DNA from: Bacillota bacterium
GTDB taxonomy: Bacteria; Bacillota; Halanaerobiia; Halanaerobiales; DATFIM01
Direction: 5' to 3'
Assembly: GCA_051744825.1 (NCBI GenBank)
Contig: JBNJDL010000002.1
Span: 1 to 50,527 of the forward strand
DNA length: 50,527 bases
A program made the position numbers and the translations under genes. The notes beneath the pieces are model-generated. The model saw nothing but the letters and a program-made list of their open reading frames with translations. It was not told where the DNA came from and ran no database searches. Below, piece by piece: positions 41,701 to 46,459 of this stretch. Position 1 is the stretch's first letter. The number at the start of each line of letters is the position of its first letter.

Positions 41701-42855
41701 CAAACATTTCAACATGTAATGAGATTATTCTTATTAGCTCCCGATTGGACTGAATCTAATGTAAGAACAATGGTAGAAATGTTTAGTAAAGATAAAATGA
41801 AAGCGGATATTTCAAGAAGATTTTGGCGTAATGCATTTGCAAAAGGCGTTGGATTTACAGGGCTTATGAATTTGATGATGGCTCAAATAGGTAAGGAAGA
41901 CGATGAAGAAACTTTAGAAAAGTTTTTCAAAATGTATAGAAATGCTTGGGAAGCAAGCAATTTGCGTTGGACTGCTGTAAATATAACACCTTTATATGAA
42001 CTTGTAGCTAATAATCCTACTAACGAACAATATTTCTTTAGCTTAATAGGTCACTTTAAAGATGTGCTTAAATTTACTGCACACCCAGTAAGAAGTTTGA
42101 ATCATAAAGGTAGTACAATATTTAGAATTGGGCAAGAAATATTGACAGGTGAAGATTGGCGTGGTTGGGGATTCTCGACTACAGGTGATTATTTAGGTCT
42201 TAGCAAAAATTCAGATTTAGGTAAAGCGTTAGGTGCAACAACTTATGATGGTAAGCATAAAGGTGAAACTACACATTATGGTGGTGGTGGCTCAATAGGT
42301 TATGAAAATTTATTACCATTTATTGTTCACCAAATTATAAGTAACCAACCTATACAACTTCAAAATTTAATTGAATATCAATCAGGTCAATTAACTGGTA
42401 TAGAAGCAGTTGCTAATAGTGCTGGTCTAGATGTCAGAAGGACTTATGTACCGCCTGATAAAGCTAGATTTGATGAAAAATGGGATAAATTATATCAACA
42501 ATATAAAACAAATAGAGATACCGATGTAAAACCTAAAGGATACTCTGAAGCTTTTTATGATAGAATTTCTAGAATGAGAAGTCAAATTAGAGAAAACGAC
42601 AAAATGATAGAGCAATATACTGAACCTAAAGAAATTGATGCATTGAAACAAAAGATAAGAGCTATAGAAAATTCCAACAGAAGTGATGAATATAAAGATA
42701 AAATGATTGAATTTAATGAGAGAAAAATAGAAAGAATTGAAAAGAACCATGAGGAAAAAGAAGAAATCTATAAAAAAAGAATAGAAAAACTTCAAGAAAA
42801 AAATCAAAAACTATATGAAAAAGCTAATGAACTGTTGGAAAATAAAGGTTATTAA
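26773..42855 (+). CDS. giant polyvalent (multi-effector) protein, 5,360 aa
   Basis: Single uninterrupted ORF with a GGAAAGGGTG RBS, followed by a strong terminator. Contains several recognisable enzymatic modules, listed as sub-features below. Confidence 0.9.
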   Translation: MKFENYTYNKTKDEDDKNKKFKYDKSRASKLYNDISVDNVKFDNLTFKDQKTVLQFSVDQGLDDYNDYKTDVIKDYGIKKPSTRTNTTFTDEGKVDYETESVESEDNSGAFFGNEVSYNNTPEENARLQSGDKLRDDLFNSAIEGKTNQGKFYDSNDSPASKLNLDSLSSKELFNKGIYSEGVKKEQEEIKNKNQSLVKTPYGEKTYEEFMKEVEEKNDVATKFNQKRLMKKPVELKKSQVNSENSNEPAPEPFDYMTKKDYANTYKGLDIAFKPIIPAQIQVLDSSGKLDKEATKKARERFENGDSVKKTVGGRHMHYNKDGSIDTERMKESYKTEMNYKKNESPVDVDELLDKSRDDFINEDNSFSFGALKEDVIRKRIYNKRSEILGQMAVKGSNDELKKDLAKIDLFIENNPEMQDSEKTKEFRKEHKILGFLDKGISGVTEQITLWTNNLGEKAMFTGLGALTGNPQAGYIAGSSKDMFMIETGNAYEEARKAGVPHEIARKEAMKAGVINAGIESGQMALFLATSGLSKIGLSGASKVGAGTVDKLFGKFASKVASKTGSQLAGKVTEIGTRWGAGAVGEMTQEGLQAVMSKKYVNDSVNLAVERGFLSKNELREYDFDDYSKVFSDEFKAVAPTMIMLGGIGVGTGQVVEATKNHFEKQDKRARQLYVAKSMDELKFQSKKIAENPEHFVTGDKKQKIMNDVNNYIEFAKKYKEDFSEVAESDLGFDADFDEVLDLLNNYKKYLNDLEQNTKDTLTNSIDFELEEGTIEKAKEEYSKLEKVYKNIGMSEEDLIEVRNKIENKEIENEKFVNNMDSKNLGKIKTQRNKNNLNIDELEKEIISIDEKIENTESKKQIEELEEQKSLKVSEMENLINDNAIITQEIENRIESNETGNTEEQESYQSLYEKTNENIENKNIRIEQNEIEQNEIEQNKIEPLSAEELKNKTIPSDRDFESLGSRKIKSMQNEFEELKPFIQEQARITQGEFQAGVKGKRYPILMEDSTNKAEIIGYDGNPRIASKTVDRILNNTNATYAKINDAFNNIIEGNDRANLATAKRIEVILNDILTEGYETFEGIEIPPNEEYIQTKRSLGLSENDFEIGETEVESQNVDQSQTKLESSEVTNENNQTENVQTDGKQSEFEQESEVSQPESVQMEEVEKAVESKSQAKPKRDEQKRADIGKRFYQKMNTPVNLGNKISEIRNRLMEKGVSEQEIDFILDNYFEVMQQLQDAGMEVNFDLEIVESISDLIDQDILKEHGLEEANNIMIDGATLVDSDIHKNSIKTSMEIVSLPKKPITETFIHELSEMYAEIWRQNASESFESISQELIDNDLATEDNVQEFIADFLTDNALEKKMDLNDENSAIDSVVGEYVAKFKNWASNIIKRLSNLRNTKERVPDLLNKQAEMFSNGNWKEAIEMYQSAEKTYENSYSDVLQQEMVNDLVSGSLNQTKMVNKYGIGENQAQILLEKMNQLGNEEEIVSIFDKEKPNLSDVKEKTLEPNQITNEQAKVLKRSLKRAEEKGYSFNGIAKNNKGTVYYSKTLNDSANSLANGKTLVTMIGKSGKVASDVSKEVFDSLEKLDTVMDEDANTIYDSSDFEDSNNKSIEQSDEAVSDYEIEEYKGKPVPKAIENINYKFKKAEDYTKSEYQEMFNVPDKKIDKMFEIFQIVEQEMYSLTEDVRSQEKYQKELSDGTKENMKDYELEEKSSVDIPYADNLLEEKNIELNDAKNEIRATRFNEVAKDIIDTMVEYEQKEPIEVADEVVEESNKVEINRKEKYKLDGKIKKQYSTEKIDGKRVRSYIINATTQEDIDRIADYFGNEKKYEVLTEGMDTEGDYENSFVEVFIYDDENTVTQARDLFNRDYRKLKQNDFEEVENAKTESTNDKNDKLETYENHIIPEPILGAGVFDNKDYHEYTIDEYAEKFNIPEDKKEEVYKIYKKTERKINSDLYEKVYNKDKYYKKSNGKRVSLTDKELREMKPIDVKHATSLFNEREIEINNVKENARKNEWNKIAKEVIDTTIDTEKNRAELEKAFDYDIKDADLSDEAFKKRYGITKKEALDGEYYNGDGSLEEKYLTEGVNSHIKNPLKFKKNMEAVYNKMTAKKKLADNHLVVKAKISHLDESLIVGTIRKKSGVILTTEEEFDRSTETNIQNRSIKDAVNHNVMRMKSNFKDKYMKDLKALDSSIEFNTGGGLTEHNVANLNFEYNNDMSEGTITLNLDEKLKESISEKEQQEMIEEEISKLEKQLNKENLEYELQPSEESFKRTIKFEIKEDVNKYNEEMKKKIDDFFSGKMTEDTRFSVSESFEKRKFDIDEQGNLLFVHGIYKDKLKKALDLGALPMPSLAMIDDKTSYTGFGEISLIGSKEFFNPNRASNNLFDSDVYSPRFPRTKRFLYQEKAREWLNDFISEYKKFDVEEIEDSRARNYSDPESLAHALYRSPAIKIKYASEVLGEEYDYLTDKKVIETTKYISKLFNKNLKDDFIQFLKNETIIDEKYIDLIKEKGIRKATKELSSEITADGAINSKKKMFEYFKENVDSEITFEDFKEEVGFYKSESKDAFSLIFKDNLSEINEEFSNHYIDKQIFPSGEYSLTKKYKKWLSNKIKSAGLFSEPYFTEWNPDQMEEIKYKVTPENALKLMKKKSLQAGEGNLVSGFNEFKSAFAKKLTSFKEARKRAETNLADFEEKKYKEYTDSLNSKILEFVKDYDLSTGGSSFVDADAFIDTVIEYKESTLHEMRKYSEKLDANFEEASKRFNELITLAQTLPVNYFELKPNRIVGFDEFNYAVVPNKLDANLKEKLSDLGYNLIQYDGTPKGYRKALAETKGDPKVRFSVENIDESETLTDESLKVIEEIKGSEKVNDYKRSAKKIKQNADIIRKNFDPVDSSESFRIEELLNKIDYHINFTLNETNNYIDFMEDGFDALEKHFKELKEYGVNLVDDGWVRVGHPVNKALRREYETLKRLTKKQKNNEGYFQDRINEIYQLFSKHGLENLDEIGNFIESLPMTKRTILYDNVRFSTNKVSENSIGYNKELPKSYNRVADNFDKNEVLNVHYNNLKNTNLLLELNRTKARDEYGNPLLLFHGSTHKINFPSPNKSTPRGFLGKSFYTSTKVDDVMTNYLLDGSDLKQRKGRLEEKLYEMQDYELLEKADAHNIDYDEISPDIPNIVEKIVDKELIGEGEYVYPVYLDIKNPFVIDENSNDRTIKIRYDEYTMEMYEIIQEKEKRIKKLGRMVAGMNPSERNESFLENAKKEIIELEEELEMDIEDFQDEAMYSELEGNLVDIVEGIASFLKYDSDIEDFINQSENIEAEIYEELDAYLNDSNPYLEFTPYEVFEAIKNVLIDKEFMFNDFHLDDNFYNPIGEIIRRGLKSAGFDGVILKNAEDRFNGYGLSVPYGTDHYMAFNSDQIYFFDDYDLEQKERNPYKNVDWEDYQIENSETWEEKTKNNKTVKRYMQEHDVVEMISVDWLDKFKEFRRNQKGLSTAENAEQLVKSISEEGIKEPIIIDYNAKSQKAHIAEGNNRLMIAQKIGAEKVPVRVMNSKYESNVINYKVQNPKIDSNTNQADFKLTDIVPKWELENNIEQNYNLRFSMENIKDFRTELTGSFKGQNNFSKIAVVDDIKMGEIEYSTLENDIDNKIYIKMIEVPKEFRRRKIAHQMLYDLQENNPDKTIDFGYFTSDGSKMINAIADKVESKYYDDFERLEEINKKLERLENADYDSLSEEEKESWNPLNDEQIDLENKLRNKNKYNYKIKPVENNNLVQPTSKKWDKGATYEEVKKQFPDVNGEVEEGKEAHSTQIKTTLGTYQKVIDEFVEKNNKVLDFSAGLGYGTRYGKFKNFGIEFDISSKQVTLDNVQSKYSKIITSHGYKKKKDSYVKDISNLEESEYMSDIDSMIKKIKGLFPEDAEMLFEASEPFAEEYYNPEYTDSKEIASNKYDLVINNAVLNVVTQDVRDDIVAEIGRVLKPDGKAIIMARGRSGIVNSKTGKKIEGGNKYARYMPNKKSYQKGFSKGELFEYVKDVLNQKSEGVDFEVEKMRKSNSGTASTKNGVIITKKSKMFDVRFSAEENNIPTRPPRLPDDAFFEMEEDLYDAKMKQWEKYQNDFRKHTKKILDQDNVFSIRKGDDFAIIHPSTKGSNYQISYFDKDGVWGDTQHETFEQVINDLFEHNFDDIENLERMSDVRFSTNQEKVGKKVGYTSYVHKSAIDALNNNLKKLHDNAVQHIPKEFGDYEIVKINKKTGFVSFIKSPNWDTAHEPTVGDSIKIKNDGEYSIRHASKKNPKIYHHKHLFVKENYEGFDIQESRLRSQIWNNLDGINKRKIGSKKYWEETVLPKINKEIQNLKENDEYNKRTDLTENVEKWFENHVRFSTENVEKSKLDERIRELKVKIEQLEKDVEKDPNLRYELRNARIEYFGLGVEKISRNTEYAFEKVVNSWFQSKDLKQFRSMVKIKKLQNRIKSITGEKSKLGNIIYGKEAKKLDSAIQIYIDLLGNTDEMIEKYYDKLTDEQKEIVDLSQDLPDEAKQIADEVLAMSEEIGQRGLSAGVLKNLRENHLSRFWLDDKERDKSNVSHAKFSTKTSLAKMRTLESILEGWANNKELAMKGATTALDAQLDSLVKAIEDDRLINTMLNTKGFEDEKLLINYKADGYVPINHPMFKKWFPVNGNYEKKDFKIDDAREGQLVEVDGRKGRLGKFDKKQIKGQFNIDGEESKKIIPIIFEEKGGTIVEKHNVSDIEKISASGKDFFIDDSDTIWANKTLYMPEKQAKRMNKILGKSTLYDVEFLGTKPFDWFTTVNGMLKSWILQTSFFHHLAFMRSYYLGTNNKKTSELNFYKAYKNGMDKIENLNEDIELLVKNGMTLGRLQDWEERVFNQEQGRIGKLLDKTKATKVIKNKMLEYRERQANFLFKQFGAGLKAQAGLIELRHMRNKYKKELANGTVTEDKIAETVGNLLNNDFGGLHLQRLERNQTFQHVMRLFLLAPDWTESNVRTMVEMFSKDKMKADISRRFWRNAFAKGVGFTGLMNLMMAQIGKEDDEETLEKFFKMYRNAWEASNLRWTAVNITPLYELVANNPTNEQYFFSLIGHFKDVLKFTAHPVRSLNHKGSTIFRIGQEILTGEDWRGWGFSTTGDYLGLSKNSDLGKALGATTYDGKHKGETTHYGGGGSIGYENLLPFIVHQIISNQPIQLQNLIEYQSGQLTGIEAVANSAGLDVRRTYVPPDKARFDEKWDKLYQQYKTNRDTDVKPKGYSEAFYDRISRMRSQIRENDKMIEQYTEPKEIDALKQKIRAIENSNRSDEYKDKMIEFNERKIERIEKNHEEKEEIYKKRIEKLQEKNQKLYEKANELLENKGY
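28090..28750 (+). other. Gly/Ala-rich hydrophobic region of the giant protein (possible membrane-interacting segment)
   Basis: MFTGLGALTGNPQAGYIAGSS..., AGVINAGIESGQMALFLATSGLSKIGLSGASKVGAG..., WGAGAVGEM..., APTMIMLGGIGVGTG. Confidence 0.4.
29548..29598 (+). repeat. 15-nt in-frame tandem repeat (IEQNE x3)
   Basis: attgaacaaaacgaa x2, then attgaacaaaataaa, then attgaa. Confidence 0.9.
35990..37030 (+). other. tentative ADP-ribosyltransferase-like module (H-Y type) with a large insert
   Basis: NPLLLFHGSTH (His 3092) and GKSFYTSTKVDD (Tyr 3117). The distal AGFDGVILKNA...GTDHYMAFNSDQIYF resembles the terminal strand of ART modules from polyvalent proteins, but I see no clear catalytic Glu. Confidence 0.35.
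37180..37425 (+). other. ParB/sulfiredoxin-like (ParB N-terminal nuclease-type) module
   Basis: ISVDWLDKF...LVKSISEEGIKEPIIIDYNAKSQKAHIAEGNNRLMIAQKIGAEKVPVRV fits the pattern l..SI...G...Pi.v......y.i..G.hR..A....G....pv.v. Confidence 0.55.
37600..37870 (+). other. possible GNAT-fold acetyltransferase-like module
   Basis: IYIKMIEVPKEFRRRKIAHQMLYDL resembles GNAT motif A (V.pe.RrkGia..Ll), with K where the Gly is usually found. Confidence 0.3.
38170..38740 (+). other. class I SAM-dependent methyltransferase module
   Basis: Motif I KVLDFSAGLGYGT, then YDLVINNAVLNVV and IGRVLKPDGKAIIMARG, with a long insert after motif I. Confidence 0.65.
41160..42360 (+). other. C-terminal hydrophobic/aromatic module of the giant protein
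   Basis: WFTTVNGMLKSWILQTSFFHHLAFMRSYYLG, LFLLAPDWTESNV, GVGFTGLMNLMMAQIG, WRGWGFSTTGDYLG and GGGGSIGYENLLPFIVHQIISNQP. Confidence 0.4.
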
Positions 42856-42864
42856 TGTTTTTTT

Positions 42865-42891
42865 AGCACCGTTAATTCGGTGCTTTTTTTA
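42865..42891 (+). terminator. rho-independent terminator after the giant ORF
   Basis: AGCACCG-TTAATT-CGGTGCT, a 7-bp stem, followed by TTTTTTT. Confidence 0.8.
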
Positions 42892-42928
42892 TTACTAACA
42901 TTCACAAAAAAAGAATTCATAAAAAGTG

Positions 42929-42957
42929 TTGACATTCTCAAAAAGGTAATGTATAAT
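42929..42957 (+). promoter_or_regulatory. consensus sigma70 promoter (early rightward module)
   Basis: TTGACA (42929-42934), exactly 17 nt of spacer, TATAAT (42952-42957). Confidence 0.75.
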
Positions 42958-42989
42958 TGTTTTAGATTGGAGTTGAAAGGAGGTGAAAA

Positions 42990-43232
42990 ATGGCAAATAA
43001 TTTAAAAAGTAATGTTCATGATGAATTTAGCAAAGTTGGTAAGTTTGTAGAAAATGTAAGAATAAAAAAAGGTTTAACAATTAATGAATTTTGTAAAAAG
43101 TTAGGTCTTGCTACAACAAGTTATTATGAAAAAAGAAAGGGTAGACAAAAATTTACAGATGAACAAAAGAAACAAATTAAAAAAATTGGAAAATTAAGTT
43201 ATAAAGAATTTTATGAAGGATTCTTTAAATAA
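42990..43232 (+). CDS. XRE/Cro-like HTH DNA-binding protein
   Basis: VENVRIKKGLTINEFCKKLGLATTSYYEKRKG is HTH-like. First gene after the consensus promoter. AAAGGAGGTG RBS. Confidence 0.6.
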   Translation: MANNLKSNVHDEFSKVGKFVENVRIKKGLTINEFCKKLGLATTSYYEKRKGRQKFTDEQKKQIKKIGKLSYKEFYEGFFK

Positions 43233-43242
43233 GGAGGATAAA

Positions 43243-43908
43243 ATGGGCGAAAAAACTGAAAGTAATAAAAGCATATATGAAAAAATTTCTAATGCAAGAC
43301 AAGAAATTAATGAAGCTGATATTCCTAAAAGCGGGTATTCTAAGTTTGGTAATTATGAATATCATGAATTAGCTGATTTTTTACCATTCATAACAAAAGC
43401 TTGTAATAATAATAGAATAACACCAATATTTAATCTTAACAGAGATGAAAAAGGAAAAGAAAATGCGGAACTAACAATTCATGATTGGGATAGCACAAAA
43501 ATAATAAAATATAATTCACCAGTAGATAGTTTTTCTAATAAAAAGATGAAACCTATACAAGAGTTAGGAGCTAAGCACACTTTTATGAGAAGATATTTGT
43601 ATATGGACGCATTTGATATTAGCGAAAAGTCGATTCCTGAATTATTGCAAGGTTCTGAAAGTAAAAAAACTAAAGTTGATAAAAAAATAGATAAAAAAGT
43701 ACAGGAAAAAAAGAAGCAAAAAAAGAAAAATAATGATTATAAAAAAGTATCACCTGTACAATTAAAAGCTATTGCAAAATCTCGAAATATGTCAGTTGAA
43801 GATATTATTAAAATGTATAATGAAAAATTTGATAAAAAAGTAAATTCATTAAAAGATATATCAGATAAAGAAAGAGCTAAGTTATTCATAAAAATTAAAA
43901 ATAAATAA
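43243..43908 (+). CDS. ERF-family single-strand annealing protein-like
   Basis: IYEKISNARQEINEADIPKSGYSKFGNYEYHELADFLPFITKACNNNRITPIF fits the ERF N-terminal pattern. ATG 43243 after AAGGAGG (track start is 43213). Confidence 0.55.
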   Translation: MGEKTESNKSIYEKISNARQEINEADIPKSGYSKFGNYEYHELADFLPFITKACNNNRITPIFNLNRDEKGKENAELTIHDWDSTKIIKYNSPVDSFSNKKMKPIQELGAKHTFMRRYLYMDAFDISEKSIPELLQGSESKKTKVDKKIDKKVQEKKKQKKKNNDYKKVSPVQLKAIAKSRNMSVEDIIKMYNEKFDKKVNSLKDISDKERAKLFIKIKNK

Positions 43909-43928
43909 AAGGGTAGAAAGGGGATACA

Positions 43929-45698
43929 ATGAAAATACTTAATGTAGATATTAAAAATTTTAAAAAGTATGAAGAAAAGTTTTTTGAAATGGACGGCGAC
44001 TTCGAAATAGTAGGTATAAATGGAACAGGTAAAACTAGTTTAGGGGAAGCGATTAACTGGTGCATGACTGGATATTCTCTAACTGGTAATTCTAGATATG
44101 CTACTAGTTTTAAAAACAACAATGCTAAAAAAAGAGATGAAATGGCTGTAGAAATGGCAATAATGCATGAAGGCGAAGAATATATAGTAAGACGTGAAAC
44201 ATCACCTATAACTGCTTATGTGAACGGATATGAAACTCATTCTATTACAAGTGAAATACTTCATATTAGCGAAGAAGCATTTTTATTATTATTCAATCCT
44301 AGATACTTTTGTAGTTTGAGTCCAAAGCAAGCTAAAAAAGTATTAAAAAAAGAACTACCTAGAGTTGACGTTAAAAAAGTATATGATGATAATTATACTA
44401 AAGAAGAAAAAGAAATTTTAGACGGTCATACTAGAATCAATCAAAAAATAAAAAATGCTAGAACAGATAAAAAAGAATTAGAAAAAAATATAGATTTTGT
44501 TGAAGGAAAATTATCAAATTTCGAAGTTGAAGAATTACCTGATTTAAAATCTTTTCGTGATGAAGATACCATAAAAGGTTATGAATTAATGCTAGATGAA
44601 ATTGAATTTGTGAATGATGTTGATACTTATAAAAAAGAAATACATGATGTCAAAAAAGAAATTGAAAAGATTGACAATAGAAATTATGAACAAGTATCAG
44701 GTAAGAAAGAAGCTGAACTTTTAAAAAAATATCAAAATAAAAAAATTAGAGCATCTGAATTAAAAACAGATATAAGAGTTAATGAAAGTGAGTTAAGAAA
44801 CCAAAAAGAAATTGTAGATAAAATAAATAAAAATCTTACTAACAAGAATACAGAATGTCCTGAATGTGGGCATGAATTTAATAGGTTAGAAAATGAACAA
44901 AAAAATGATTTAGAACATCACAAAAATAAAATTTCAGAAATTAAAAAATGTAAAGAAAGATTAGAAAAAAAATTAGAAAAAATTAAAAAGCAAATGAAAA
45001 AGGCTGAAGAAGCATATGATAAAGAAAGACAAAATAATAATCAATTAAGAGAAAGCATTAATGAAATAGTTGCAGAAGATAAACAAGATAGAAAAGAATT
45101 AAACAGAAAATTAACACAATTAGTTTATAAAGAAAAAGAAGAAATCAAAGAAATAAACAAAGAAAATGAAGAAAAAAGAAAAGAAATCCAAAATGAACTA
45201 GAAAAACTTAAAGAAGAAAGAAGAAATGTTAAACATCATAATACTGAAGTAGAAAGAAGAAGAAAGAAAAATAAAAAAATTAAAAAAGAAATTGAAACTT
45301 GTGAGAAAGATATAGAAAACTCTAAGATGCAAATTAAAAATATTAAAAATAAAATTAAACTACTTAAAGATTTTAACGGTAAAATAGTACAAAAACAGAC
45401 TAAAGAATTAAATAAACAGCTTGATAATGTAGAAGTTAAGTTAACTAAAGTAGACCGTTCTACAGGTGAAATTAAGAATTGCTTTGAAATTAAATATTAT
45501 AATGGTGATAATTGGATTCCTTATGAATTAGCATCATTTGGAGAAAGTCAAAAGATAGGTATTGAAATAGGTAATATGATTGCAAGACAAAAAAATATCA
45601 ATTTACCTTTATTTATTGATGATGCTCAAAGTTTAACAATTGATTTTGAAACTGATAGACAAGTTATTGAAGCTAATACAATAGAAATACCATTTTAA
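43929..45698 (+). CDS. Rad50/SbcC-like ATPase with coiled coil and a Cys hook
   Basis: Walker A GINGTGKTS, a very long K/E coiled coil, a central CPECGHEF and a C-terminal Walker B-like LPLFIDDAQSL. Confidence 0.7.
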   Translation: MKILNVDIKNFKKYEEKFFEMDGDFEIVGINGTGKTSLGEAINWCMTGYSLTGNSRYATSFKNNNAKKRDEMAVEMAIMHEGEEYIVRRETSPITAYVNGYETHSITSEILHISEEAFLLLFNPRYFCSLSPKQAKKVLKKELPRVDVKKVYDDNYTKEEKEILDGHTRINQKIKNARTDKKELEKNIDFVEGKLSNFEVEELPDLKSFRDEDTIKGYELMLDEIEFVNDVDTYKKEIHDVKKEIEKIDNRNYEQVSGKKEAELLKKYQNKKIRASELKTDIRVNESELRNQKEIVDKINKNLTNKNTECPECGHEFNRLENEQKNDLEHHKNKISEIKKCKERLEKKLEKIKKQMKKAEEAYDKERQNNNQLRESINEIVAEDKQDRKELNRKLTQLVYKEKEEIKEINKENEEKRKEIQNELEKLKEERRNVKHHNTEVERRRKKNKKIKKEIETCEKDIENSKMQIKNIKNKIKLLKDFNGKIVQKQTKELNKQLDNVEVKLTKVDRSTGEIKNCFEIKYYNGDNWIPYELASFGESQKIGIEIGNMIARQKNINLPLFIDDAQSLTIDFETDRQVIEANTIEIPF

Positions 45699-45708
45699 AG
45701 GTGATTTT

Positions 45709-45882
45709 ATGGATAATTATGATAAATTAGTAAAAAAATTAGATAGTGTTATAGAAAGAATTGAAAATATTGAAGATTATTTAAAAGTCAATCAACATAC
45801 TGAACTGTTTGAAGAATTAGAAACTGCTAAATTTTTAGCTGAAGAATTAATATATGAATTAGAAGGTTATAGAAATGGCTAA
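45709..45882 (+). CDS. small helical acidic protein (57 aa, hand-translated)
   Basis: AAAGGTGA RBS. MDNYDKLVKKLDSVIERIENIEDYLKVNQHTELFEELETAKFLAEELIYELEGYRNG*. Overlaps the next start. Confidence 0.5.
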   Translation: MDNYDKLVKKLDSVIERIENIEDYLKVNQHTELFEELETAKFLAEELIYELEGYRNG

Positions 45883-46144
45883 ATTAGGAATTTGCCAATA
45901 CTGTGGTGTCGGTGGTACTGTAGAAAATCATCATATATTTGGTGGAAAAAATAGAAATATTTCAGATAAATACGATTGCATGCAAATATTTTTATGCTAT
46001 AAGTGTCACCGTCAACAACCTACAGGAGTGCATGGCGGTAATAAAAAATTAGATTTGTTTTTAAAAAGAAAATCACAAAAAGAATTTGAAAAAAAGTATT
46101 CACATGAAAAATTCATGGAAGAAATAGGTAGAAATTATATATAA
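45875..46144 (+). CDS. HNH/NinG-like zinc-binding protein
   Basis: CQYCG...ENHHIFGGKNR...LCYKCH fits the pattern C..C...HHi....R....LC..CH. Confidence 0.5.
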   Translation: MAKLGICQYCGVGGTVENHHIFGGKNRNISDKYDCMQIFLCYKCHRQQPTGVHGGNKKLDLFLKRKSQKEFEKKYSHEKFMEEIGRNYI

Positions 46145-46153
46145 GGAGTGGAT

Positions 46154-46459
46154 ATGGGGGAATTATCAATCGTAGAAAAAAATATATTAATAAAGCTTCA
46201 AAATGGACGTGTCACAAGAGAAGAATTGAAAGGTGTTACAGGACTAACAGATAGAGAAAGCAGAATTTTAATTAATTCAATGCGTAAAAAGGGCGTTCCT
46301 ATAATATCATCAAGCAGACAAAAAGGATATTGGTTAGCAAAAGATAAAACAGAATGTAAATCTTTTGGAAAAGAAATTTTGCATAGAGTTAAAGAAGAAC
46401 AAGCTATAGCACATGGAGTGCTAAGCAAAAAAGCAAAAAAATTTTATGTAGGTGGTTAA
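46154..46459 (+). CDS. winged-helix DNA-binding protein
   Basis: EKNILIKLQNGRVTREELKGVTGLTDRESRILINSMRKKGVPIISS..GYWLA. ATG 46154 after AAGGAG. Confidence 0.5.
   Translation: MGELSIVEKNILIKLQNGRVTREELKGVTGLTDRESRILINSMRKKGVPIISSSRQKGYWLAKDKTECKSFGKEILHRVKEEQAIAHGVLSKKAKKFYVGG

Noticed and set aside
24422-42855. Calling either the 777-aa or the 5,360-aa protein a tape measure protein.
   Set aside because: No tail tube, sheath or frameshifted chaperone genes are recognisable upstream. The lysis genes lie between the tail-type genes and these ORFs. The giant ORF contains enzymatic modules. A 5,360-aa tape measure would imply an implausibly long tail. Left as internal/ejection cargo candidates.
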